This document shows positions 40,701 through 52,524 of a stretch of 64,000 nt of DNA, piece by piece. The notes beneath the pieces were generated by a model. It saw only the letters and a list, made by a program, of their open reading frames with translations, made no database searches and was not told where the DNA came from. Both the position numbers and the translations under genes were made by a program. Source of the DNA: Tubulanus polymorphus (Eukaryota; Animalia; Nemertea). The stretch covers positions 5,312,778-5,376,777 of the forward strand of contig NC_134030.1 of the NCBI RefSeq assembly GCF_964204645.1, given 5' to 3'. Each line of letters starts with the position of its first letter. The stretch's first letter is position 1.

Positions 40701-43700
40701 ATACGAGAAAATGTAGGGAACCCATTGTAAGAAGAAATCCGCTTTAATTAATCAATTTGATATCGTCGAATGGCTGTGGAACAAGTACTGTACTGTGAAC
40801 TGATCAGATGTTTGCGTTATTGCAAATGAAAGAGACCCGAAATTTCAAAATGGAAAATGCTTTAATGAGTTTCATAAATCAAAAAGAAATATTGAGCGTA
40901 ATGAGGTTCGATCGTCGGAATCCTATATACGTATCGTTCGCAAATGCTGCCAGTCACGCAATGAAAAGCGGTGCAAATCAGTGATTAGACAGAGTTTGTA
41001 AAACATTTACAAAATTATAATTGTTTTTAACATCAGTAATACTAGACAAGTAGAACACTTTAAACCATCACACGACAAAATAATGTTTCGCATCTTGCTC
41101 TATTTTTAAGGGGCTCGTATTTTTCTCGTTTAATCTGAGAACAAAAAGAAAAGTTCCGCACTTTTTAAGGGACCAGAAATGGTTTCCCTTTTAATTTCAG
41201 AACAAAAAGAAACTCATCTAAACATTGTAGGTGTTATTACAAAAATAGCGTGATGTTTCCTTTTTTATTTTCTATGTAAAAACAGTAGAAAAAATTTGGT
41301 TTTTTTTCATGCCTTAACCATCAAAGAATCACTGCTAACAGGTTCGGGAGGTACAGGCATCCATTTTCCTAATCCTGGGGCCAGAGATCCGACGATAACC
41401 GTCCACCCTAAATTCCGTGGGATAATCTAATAAGCAAATGAATACAATTTTATATAACGGGAAATAGTCCAGTTTTGATATAATATCTTCACCGCATCGG
41501 TTAAAGTGGACAAATCTGTCATTAATTTTGCGGTGATCCGGTGCTTTTAAAAAACGCACCCAGGCAGCTCGACGACTCCCAGTTGGTCCAATTACAAACT
41601 AAAAGCTTTTATGGCAATTACACTTGGACCCTCAGCAACCATTGACCTTGACGTAAGCAGATCGTGCTCTAGAATAAAATGTATACGTATATATGCACCA
41701 TAATTACAGTCTATGAATTTATATTTATTGCTCTACCTAAATGGAGAGCAAATTCACAGATTAAATCTAAGAATACGAGAGACTATAGACTCATTTACTT
41801 CTAAACACTTTTTCGAATTAGTCTGCATTTATTCCCGTAATAGCCGTACAGACCATAGACGTTCTATGTATTCTTACACACAAATTAATCGTTTGAATAC
41901 GCGTCGATAAATTCTATTTTTCGTTTATAATTCGACAATCGTTAGACGTTATTATTTTGCCTGGATATTTCATGGGTTTCTTTTCTAAAGATTTTATATA
42001 CACAAAATGAACTATTATTACTGGTCGGAAAAGTAAGTTTTCTTGTTACTTTATTAGACCTTACGGCAATAAAAAGATTTAGAGATTTATTAGAGGCTGT
42101 TTTGGGAGTCTTTTTTCATATAATATAATTTCTTTAAGAATTTACATTTCCTTGTGTACTTGTATATAGAATAGGAACCACAGAATAGAACTCTTTACAT
42201 TGAATTTGGTTTTCTATAAAAGAAATCATCTACAGACACAAAACAGTTTTACGTTAATTCTCGTCGAACGTTAATTTTCTTTAAATGTGATACTCGCTAA
42301 CAGAATAGAGATAAATTGTATCTAACTCCAGAAATTTAACACTAGATACTTTACTAAAAGTAATGTTTTGGGAGTGTGAAAGTATTTTCTCAGTTTCAAA
42401 GGATTCGTTTTAAGAAAAATATCTGCGTTGTTTTTGTTATAAGATTATTCATTACTTAAATAAAAGTTTAAAAAAGTTTGAAGGCATTTTCTTAGCTTAA
42501 CAAACATATCTTCGTTGTTTTATGAACTGAAACATATATTATGGCATATTTCGAGTATTATTTCTTTAAGATGATTGCGTAATGTATTCTTTACGGCAAA
42601 ATCGATATTTTCCACATTTGTTTAACGAAAGACAATGCGAAGAAGAAGATGAACATGTGCGCATTAACGTTTTCAGCGAGAAAACGATATTTTTTATGCA
42701 AAACCTTCTGCTTATCGTTAGTCATTTCCATATAACGAGAAGTTTTTACGACGAACCGGTTAAGTCATCATGCTCGTTCCCGGCTTATTTAAAAAACACT
42801 TTCGTCGAAGACCGAATCGCATACTAATTCCCCTTATCCGTGACTTACAGGCAAACTAGTGTATAATTAGACCGGGTCCGTTATCTCAAATTTGTTTGCT
42901 TGCTAGGCGCATTAAACGTGACTTATTTTACCAAAGGGGACATAACGCTAATTCCACGCAGAGTCCTGGTCAATTATGCCGTCGGTCGAATCGCGTCGTG
43001 CCATATTTTTTTAAACAGTTTTCTGCAAAGCGAATGGCATCGCTGAGTCTATCCCTTTGATCACCGCCTCAGATGGTTTAAGGGTTACGGCGTGCAGCGT
43101 AATTACAGTAATGCACATCGTCGCACACAGCAATTTGGACTCGGGAGAAATATTTTTGCAGCACGAAAAAAGTGTCCCACCTGATACCATTAAATTCTTC
43201 TCCGCTATCACTTAAGCGAAACTTTCCCCATCTTCTTATCAAAGTTTCACGTAGAATATATACATGTACATGGAATGAAACCTTATTAAGAGATCTAAGA
43301 TCTAAGATTGATGAAGTATAAGTCTCCATTCATTTGTTTTTTTCGTGGGTAATAGGTAACTCATATTATTCTTGATTTTAGAGTTTTTGTACAATTACGC
43401 GAAGAGTTTTCTTCCAAAAGACTTTCAATCTTTCAATACTATCTATATGTAATTTTGGAAAAAGTTTCTTCAAGCAATGAACATAAGATAGTTATATATT
43501 TGATTATTAGTCGATGTGTATTATCTTCACTCGTCTTTACTTGATGTCCGGATGCTCAAATATCACAATGAGTGAAGCCCTTTTGGACTAACGCGGCCGA
43601 TTTCAGGTGCTTCGAGACATCATTTTCTTCTAAAAATGTTACTTTTTTGTTGAATGATAAATCTGAATCTGAGTTTACACTACAGAGATTGTGTTATCAT

Positions 43701-44092
43701 TAGTATGATTTCTTAGGCAATAATCTCAATGAAAGAGGCCCGAACTACAAGACAAAATACGATCGATCTATCTCGAATGATTCGTTCATACGTGAAGTTT
43801 CTTATTCATATCGAGTGATCAGCTAGATCCAACATTCCAGCGACAAATATCTGTATTTATCTGATCCTGAATGATTTATTTACTTCCACATGCAAATAAT
43901 GTCGCAATCTTCTGATTCATGTAATCCTTCTCGTCGTTCCAACGTCACGGGTTTGTTGATTTCGAGTTCGTTCCTCGAGTCGATAGACTTTACTATCAGA
44001 AATTTGTGTCTCGATGTTTATACTAAATGTATGATTCCAACTGGACTCAAAGCTGCTATTTTGGTAATTTGGGAAATTTCTGAATTTCTGAA

Positions 44093-44144
44093 GAATCTGA
44101 ATTGCTTGGTTAGAAGTGGAATCTGAATTGCTTGGTTGGAAGTG
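44093..44144. repeat. 26-bp tandem duplication
   Basis: GAATCTGAATTGCTTGGTT(A/G)GAAGTG x2. Confidence 0.9.
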
Positions 44145-45170
44145 ATAATGTATTTTGATTCTAGCTTAAATCTAGTAATTTGAAAATGGATTTATCAAAG
44201 TTTAATTTCTATTCCATTCTAGTCCGTATGCTAATCCTCAAAACCTGATTGATTAGGGAATCTTTCTTTTACTGTTTTTTTTTCATTTCGAAGAAAAAAT
44301 TGTGCAAAATCTCTGCGATCTTTTTCGAAGCGACATGAATCATGTTTGCTGTTTTGCTGTAATTTTTTTCAGGTAAAATGTTCATACACGTTTATGTACA
44401 CCAAACAATCCTCGATTCTCCCGCCGTTTTTTAATACGTAGGCAGTAGTTCCTGTAAATCTCTGTGAGGGCGCCACCTCCATATAACGTGCTCACTCTGG
44501 CCGAAAAAAGCGTGTCACGATCATGCAAATCGGACTGAGACGAAAATATTTTATGCTAATGCATTTATTCAATTCAATCTTTGCGTTAAGACAGAGTTCA
44601 AACAAAGTTTATGATTGTAGCATGGTTATTATTTGAAGACGCAATAAAATGGCATAACAAGGACATCGATGTCTGCAGCTATCAAAAAGCTTTTTATCGT
44701 TGGCTACATTTTTTTTTGTTTAAATAGGCAACGCCTTCTTAGCTTACTTCTTTTATCTCTTGATAATCATCTTCAATTATCATGCTTAACTTAGAAACGT
44801 AATTGCTTGAAAAACACAATATTCATTTGTTATAAGGAATGCACAAGTAAGAAAAGTCGTAATCGTGATTTTCGCTATCAGTGCAAGTTTAGCCAATTAT
44901 TTGCTATTCTGCAAAAAATGATATTGATAAACTTAAATTAGCAAAAAGATGCGAATTAAATTATCTTTGTAGATTAATCAGCATTCATTAAATGTATATA
45001 TAAGGAAACAATATATGATTTCAAAGCAGGTTTCGAATTTAGAAAAGTTGCAATATCTCCAATCCGGTCATATGAAAATGTCGATTCGTGTGTTCATACT
45101 TACAATAAGATCTCGTAAAGCGTCAAAGTCTTCATTTCGAAGTCATAGTAGATGGTGTAAGTAGCAAATG

Positions 45171-45241
45171 TTTCAATGTACACTGTAGAATGGCTTGTGG
45201 ATTTTGACTGCACAAGCTCGGTTCTACAGGGTACGTAGAAA
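45171..45241 (-). ncRNA. mir-10: miR-10-family microRNA precursor on the antisense strand, mature 5p 45233->45211 UACCCUGUAGAACCGAGCUUGUG
   Basis: Reverse complement of 45211-45233 is TACCCTGTAGAACCGAGCTTGTG, 21/23 identical to the 50198 mature. An 11-nt loop follows, then the complementary arm CACAAGCCATTCTACAGTGTA; apical UGUG. The expressed strand is not proven. Confidence 0.8.
45171..45241 (+). ncRNA. Sense-strand reading of the same hairpin: candidate pre-miRNA, 5p UACACUGUAGAAUGGCUUGUG (45179-45199), 3p CAAGCUCGGUUCUACAGGGUAC
   Basis: On + the stem gains G:U pairs (45177:45235, 45191:45221, 45192:45218) that are A.C mismatches on -. The stem extends to 45171:45241; apical UGUG. The 3p arm has the miR-993-like seed AAGCUCG. 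Confidence 0.6.
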
Positions 45242-47781
45242 CCCGCTGAGTTCTGACGATCCTCTAACTCCGTTGCGCCGAAAAACTCTTTCAAAAATCC
45301 GGATCCAGAATGATTATTGTAACGAGCGAAATCTACGTACGCACACCTATGTAAGATACTAGAATGGATGCCATCCTCATCTCATGTTGTTACGGACTGT
45401 TAAGAGCTCCGAAAAGCAACAAATTTAAATATGGACGAGCGTTTTTTTTACTATTTTGTAAAACTGATTTAATATCCATTTAAATATCTCTTCTATATAT
45501 ACAACTTGAACAGCTCAGTATGAGCTATTTGTAACGATGATTACAAATGCGGCGGTGACCACTGAAAGTCCAACAACGATGTTCAACACGAGAATGAAAA
45601 TATCAATGAATTCGAGGAATCGACTTCGCGTGACAGTTTCAGACTGTTCCATGTTTGAAAGAAGTTCAATGAATCATCTTATTTGATGTATCTAATTTGT
45701 AAAATTCGAATCCATCACCGGCAAGGTATCCCTTTTTTAGTTCGATCTCTTCAGAAAGAAGCTGCAAAAAGTTCAAAATCACTTGCGGACGAAACGGCAG
45801 TGTACGTCATTACGAAATGTTGTTAACTTGTGATCATCAATCTGGTATAGATAATTTCCAATCAATTTGAATAAATATCCATAGATTTCGTAGTTCAGTG
45901 ACATGGTTCACGTGCATCCGTGGAAATTCCCCAGTCGTCTAGCTGCGCTGGACACGATTTGCAATTTACAATTTGCCTTTGAAAATAATCCTCACGCATT
46001 CGAAATTGTCACAGTTCAACGAAAAGTCAGCGAAAATACTCTGACGGATGAAAATATCCCGACTCTGACCACCGTTTGTGTAAATGAGACTGTGTATGTT
46101 GAATGTATGCGAATATGATGATCGTGTATAGATCGTATAAACCTATACTATTCTCAGACTTGCTATACGTTCGTGCCAGACAAACACTTCTGAACCCGGG
46201 GACGCATTGACACAGGGGTGTATTGATATTTTTATTACAACTTTTTATGATGTAGAAGTTTTATTACAGCAATTCTCACATGGTTTATTTTGTTTTATGA
46301 TACCGCACACCACCGGCCAAAGGAAACCAAGTAATGCATAATCTCGTTAACGACTCCCTTGATCTCCAATGATCTCGACACCGGAGATTATATTGTACTG
46401 CGCTTTCGGTGCCGCCATCGCCAACGCCAAAGTTCAAACGTTCACAGCCGAGTCGTGGCTTTTTTCAAAAATGTAATTTATAGCTGGCTGATAAAAGAAA
46501 TCTGACATTCATATTTTGTTACTTGCGCTTTTGAAATTGATTTTTATGCCGAAGAAACTGTATTTCCCGCAATGATAATCGGTGAAAGATTTACCTCCCA
46601 GTAACGAGATGGTTTGGCAATCGAAAATCGCTAATCAAGGTTCGATTGAAGAAAAACCTGACAGATATTCGAAAATAAATGGGCCTATCGTTGGTGATTT
46701 GTCGCTGTCTCTTCGAGTCAATTCGTAGGATTTCGTAACAGTTTTGTATCGTAGGGAAACGGAATGTGAACGAAACATTATCCATGGTTGAAAAATAAAA
46801 TTGAAGGTTTTGCAACTAACTGTACTGCTAATGTAGATGTATGAGGCAAAATGCTAAATTGTTTTTCCAGAAGCCAACATCATTATGCGTCCAAAAGTCA
46901 GGAACGATTAGTCTCAATGACAAAGACCGCATAAACAATATATAACCATTAAGATATATCTTTGTAGGTTTGCGATCATTTATTGGTCTTTTATGGCTCA
47001 ATTACGTCTATAAATAACATATCCTCGTTCTTCTTCGACCGATTATAGATTGTACATTTCATACCTAGTATATACGCACTCTAAATGATCATTTATCTTT
47101 CATTCGGTGTTCGCTTTTTATCATTAAAGGTGTCGGTAAGAAAACTCACCGGATGGAAAAAATATAACACCACGCCGAAGACAAGGTAAGATGAATTATT
47201 CATCCCAGTCGAAACTGACGTTGAGATTGAAATGAAATTTGTAGACACGTTAAGGTACGTCGGGTAGAAACAAGTTAGCATATCTTTTGAACAAGCTATG
47301 CAGAGCCTCGGATATTTTACATAGACAACTCATATCAATATGACAATATGGCTGCTGTATATTTTATAATTTCTCCATATGGTAGTATTTCTAAAGAACT
47401 CAGATCACGATTGTGACTGTAAAAATACGATATTCTTGAAATTCAATCAGATATTAACAAAAATCTAACGACAGAAACTATGGAAAGTAGAAAAGACAGA
47501 AAGTACACGTTATTTCAAGTGTATTATTTTTATACAAACATATCAAGGTTTTGTAATTTCAATAATTCTAATGAACGCAAAGTCTTTAGACTAACAGAGA
47601 AAAAGACGCACTAAACGACTCACCTAGAAAGGTTTGTGACCCGTGGTTCGACGCTTTTTCAGTCACCTGCGATCTGAAAAAGAGAGCAAGCTCTATTAAA
47701 AACACCCCTTGATTAAAAAATGACGAGACAGTCAACGTTAAGCAGATTTAGACAATTCAAAGATGGCTGCGCTGATACTAC

Positions 47782-47797
47782 GGGCGCCACCTCGTGA
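47782..47797 (-). promoter_or_regulatory. CTCF-like site
   Basis: Reverse complement TCACGAGGTGGCGCCC resembles the CTCF core CCACNAGRKGGCGC. Confidence 0.5.
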
Positions 47798-50187
47798 TAG
47801 AATTACGAAATTAAATTTGCGCTTTGACATATTTTCCGTATGGCATCAGTACCGTACTGCGAAACCAAGATTATTTTGATCGGAAACGAATCTAATTCAT
47901 GCGCCGATTCGGGCTTTAGCTACTTTTTTGATGTAACTTACGGAACATCTGCACAGCTCATTTTGGGCGATGTCGGAATCGTTTGTTTCGCTAGCGATAA
48001 ATTATGCACCAGATGTAGGAAAGTCGGCGATGCCACTGAGTGCAACCATGATTTATGCGCGGTAACCTTGGTTGCTAGTCGAGACGACGCAGCCACACCC
48101 AAAAGTGACTGGTTCCCGTCTGACCTAGTTACAAAGTCGTGGCCCCTGCTGTTACCGGTGCAAACCCATAAAAATGAACAAGCGTAGTTTTGAATGGCGG
48201 GAGCTTCTTTCTATTCCCGACAAGGAGTTTGTCCCTAACAACGCCGTGGTAACAAACTATTTTCGCCCTAGACAGATTTACGGAACTGTAAAGTTCCATT
48301 AAGAAACATAACGTGCTTGTTATGTACGGTTATCCAATCAGCTTGGGCAATTCGTACGCAATAATGGTACTCACCGAGTGCAAGGCAATAATTATACTTT
48401 ATTCGAGGTGAGTGTGGGTCGATTTAGCGCCAGCTAATTGGTTAGTTCACTCACGTGGCCTCCAAATTTATGTTGACTATGAAGTGATAAAATTTTATGT
48501 TCTTGCCATGTCTACAAAATATGTATTTGCTTTATTCGATTTTTAGTCGAGGATTTCGTTAGGATGGGATGGATACTTAAGTTTGCTCCGCTCGGATTCT
48601 GCGGAATAGTCGGAACGTTCGGTAGAAAAGGATTTATTCTCGAACTTTTCTCGGATATGCTGGGTGGGACTACGCATAGTAGAGCGTGTAAGTACGCCCT
48701 TTTTTCTATTCGTCACTTATTGTGTGTCACGGAATCTGTTTTGCATATAATATTATTGCGTGTAAGTGATGTCTGCGACAGTCAGAACGCTGTTCATTTG
48801 TTTAAAGATTCTTTTGTCTTCACGTCTTAGATTGTCATTTTCATATATGTATGATATCATTAGTTATGCGTATATACATGTATACGGTTACAAAGTCAAA
48901 ACCGGATGTAGGTTAGCCAATACCATCACCATCCCAACATTGACTTGAAATTCGTCAATTCGGTTTGACGGAAATTCCAAATCCTGTCTGAAACCAGCCT
49001 TTCCTTCTGTCCCACGTTATCCGTGGTGCCATCGTAAGGGTCGAAGTATCGTGTAGCGACTTTTTGCCCATTGAATCGCCTATAAAGAGGGTGCTCTAAC
49101 ATCAAAGGGACCGCAACACAATTGTTCAATCGAACATCAAGTGTCTTCGAGATTCGCGTGCCGAACCCAACCGTTTTCGAGTGATTGCGGCCTTGGAGCT
49201 TGTTTGGACATCATGGCGGCAATGTGGTGATAATGGCAATGTGTTGCCAAATGATAACTACATATTTCGAGTGTTTGACAAATTCGTTGTGCCATTTTCT
49301 TTCTTTCCTCGCCATTTGTTACTTTCATAGAACTACTTTCGCCGACTTATTAGTTAACTACTCTGCGCCATTTTACCACGCACTTTTTAACCCGTCGGAT
49401 TTTCGTAAATGGAGGTTTCTTTTATTGCGATTTTCCTCGTTAGGTTGACAATGTCACCAGGATTTTACGTAATACGATCCGAGTTTGCTAAAACGTGCCT
49501 CAGCGCACGTACACAACTTTGCACTCGGTCAACTTTCCAGTGGAATCTAGGTCAGTAAAAAATCATCCATATCGGATGTTTGATTTCGCCATTAATCACT
49601 GACTTTCTGGGTCAACCTTTGATAAGCCAGTTGAAGTAGCCGTTTGAAGTGCGACAAGCCGTAATAATGCAGAACCGATAATTCCAAACCCTTCATTATG
49701 ATCTTACTCCGTCATAATTAATCGTCCACCATTTTCCTTCAGTGGCGCCACTGTACCGTTTGTTTCTGCATGGTCGCAGTTGTCTGAATGCCAGACTTCT
49801 CAAATTGATCGTATACCATAGATTGCATTGCCAATACAGAATTTTTGGAAGTCAACGATTTTTTTTTTCGTACGGTTTGTTTCGTGTTCAGGTTTGGTGT
49901 TATGGAAATTCTAAGTCTAGATTCCGCTCCTTCCTTAGTTTCCTTTTTTAGATAATATCTAATCAAAGGTTCGATACCCCCCCCCCCCCCATGAAAAAAA
50001 AACATCATACGAAAATTCCTTGTAAAATCATTTGGACTTATGACTATATTTTGTGAAATATTCTTTATAGTCATTCTCACTTTATAAAATTAATTCAGTT
50101 TGTATTCTAAATCAGAAAGAAATACATTCATTTTCAATAGACTCCTAAAATATTTCGGCAAAAATCTAACGGGAGTCACGATTCTAA

Positions 50188-50262
50188 AGACTACCTATAC
50201 CCTGTAGAACCGAGCGAGTGCTACATTTGAACACCACTCGTTTCTCAGGGTACATGTATTCT
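50188..50262 (+). ncRNA. mir-10: miR-10-family microRNA precursor, mature 5p ~50198-50220 UACCCUGUAGAACCGAGCGAGUG
   Basis: 5' arm starts with the miR-10 signature TACCCTGTAGAACCGA. 3' arm CACCACTCGTTTCTCAGGGTA (50232-50252) pairs back, and a lower stem pairs AGACTACCT with ATGTATTCT. A CNNC motif (CGTC, 50271-50274) lies ~17 nt after the predicted 3' Drosha cut. Same strand as the Hox genes. Confidence 0.9.
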
Positions 50263-51849
50263 GGTCTAAACGTCTTTTTACTTCCTAATGAAATCAAATT
50301 ATTTATATTTCATTCATCAAAATTTATACCGCAATTACGAAATTATGAACTCAACTTCAAAAATAAACCAAAGATATCGCAGGAACATGCAAAGTAGGAA
50401 CAAGTAAATTAAGAAGTAAATGAGCAATGGCCAAGAGACATGACAAGGTTATCAATAATTGAAATTCATTTGGAACATTTTCGATTGCCAAACAAATTAA
50501 TAACTCTAACAGTTCATAATCTAACAATCCATGTATAATTGTTGTTACGAATCGAATATCTCATTCCTTTTATAATATCAATATCACTGAGATCATCAAA
50601 ATAATTCTTATCAAACCCCGTAGAAGCATGGTATATATATGAATAAAATGCGCGCTAATAATACATGAAATAAATATTGTAATAAATAGTTGACAGACTG
50701 TGAAAAAACGGACATAATAAAAATGAGGTTTTTTATCATGCTGTTTGATAATTTTAGATATCTTGTAAAATATATGATTAAACGGAAACATGTCGTATTT
50801 TACCGAAATGCAATTTTGTGCACACTTACCGGACTTCGCGTGTTATTTTCCGTATATGATATATTATCAACCGATGATGGGACTTATCAAATATCATTGC
50901 TACTTTACGTAATAATCTATCTATAATTTTGGTTTTCTAACGGCTTCTTATGGCAAAATCTAACGTAATGAAGAAAAAGAAAGCAAATTTTTAAGATCGC
51001 TTGTGCCTATGCGAAATAAACTATACAAAATGTCGATATATACTCGTGAAACACGTAAGAAGAGAACAGCGGGAAAGTCATTACCGGGGCAATAAATGTA
51101 AAGTCATTAAATCATTCTACAACTATAAAACCGTTTATGAGGTTAATATTTACTTTAAAATAATTGCCAATCAATTCGTCATTCGAATGTAGAATTTGAA
51201 TTCGTAATGTGACGAACGACGACGGAAGTTTTACGCACGCGAGCCTTTTACCGAATTCTCGAATTCGAGCGTATATCAACTTGTTGAATCGATGATTTAT
51301 ATTAATGAAGCCTGCAAACACAGCCACGACGCAATAGATTAAATGATAAGATTATTTCAATATTACGTATGAAATTGAAATGGCGTAAGATAAGTAAATT
51401 CAATAATGTTCAGCTATTAATATAGTTTTGAGTGTTGTTATAACTATTGTTTTACTAGATATCATTATGGATAACCGAAAATGTTTATCTTTTATAAATT
51501 ATACGATTACTAAGAATAAATTCGTGCGGTTAGGTCTATATACTTTTAGGTTATCTTTATTATACTCATTGAACCGCGTTCAGACGCGCTTCTATAAATC
51601 AGTTTACAGAGAGACGCATCTCTTGAATTGGCACCATCTATCATTAGATATCGGTGCCCAATGAACCCAAAAGGCTTATCCGATAACGGAAACTGTCACG
51701 TACGGAGTAAAATACTGGTAAATAAATATCTTACTATTTCTGCAGAAGTAACGTATGCGTAGCGATATGTTGATGATATTCCGCGGCGCACGGATACCGA
51801 CGCTTCGAAGTCGTGTGTCGGTTCGATCGCGCTAAGCCGTAGCGGCTTG

Positions 51850-51992
51850 TAACCAAGTGTATGATTGGTTCACGTTTTTTTCCGTCGGCCTTAGTCAACT
51901 TTGCATGCATATTTTGACCAGAGCGAAGAGTAAAGCTACAAATCATTATTACACTGTGTTTATATCGTTCACAGAATGCAATCTCGGGAACT
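51850..51992 (+). promoter_or_regulatory. Lox4 proximal promoter/5' leader
   Basis: TGATTGGTTCACG reverse CCAAT box (51862-51874) ~125 nt upstream of the ATG, after a CpG-rich stretch. Confidence 0.4.
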
Positions 51993-52524
51993 ATGATGAG
52001 CTCTTATTTTCCCCCGTCTTTTTTACCCCCGTCGTCGGACACGCAAAATTTTCAGGGCAGTTTCGTGAATTTGACTCACCACCGGGCCGAGTTATCCTAC
52101 GAACCGTGCGTCACGCCGACGTCGTTGGGTCACGAATCTTCAGTTCTCGGCTCGTACGGAGGAACACCGCAATCTCAAAACTGTCTAAGCCATCAAGCAG
52201 CACTCGATTCACCACAATCCAGATACACGGATGTAACCAGTTTACAGCAGCCTCAGCACGACTCACAACAGCAACAACAACAGAGGTACACGCCGCAAAA
52301 AGTCGAACCCGGCTGGAACGGTTATAATGGAAATCTCGGACATAATGGACATAACGGTGGGCTAGGTACGATACCGAACTGTTCGACGTTAAACCCGGCG
52401 GTGGTCAGCAGCGATGGGTATATTCCGAACAGCTTACCAGCTGGGGCGGTAACACAGGCCCCGAGATGTACCAATACTACTCCGCCTGTCCCGACGACGT
52501 TCTATCCATGGATGGGGATCGTTG
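51993..52524 (+). CDS. Lox4: Lox4 exon 1 (SSYF motif, poly-Q, TFYPWM hexapeptide)
   Basis: ORF MMSSYF...PTTFYPWMGIV(G) ends at donor G|GTAAGT (intron starts 52525, phase 1). Confidence 0.94.
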
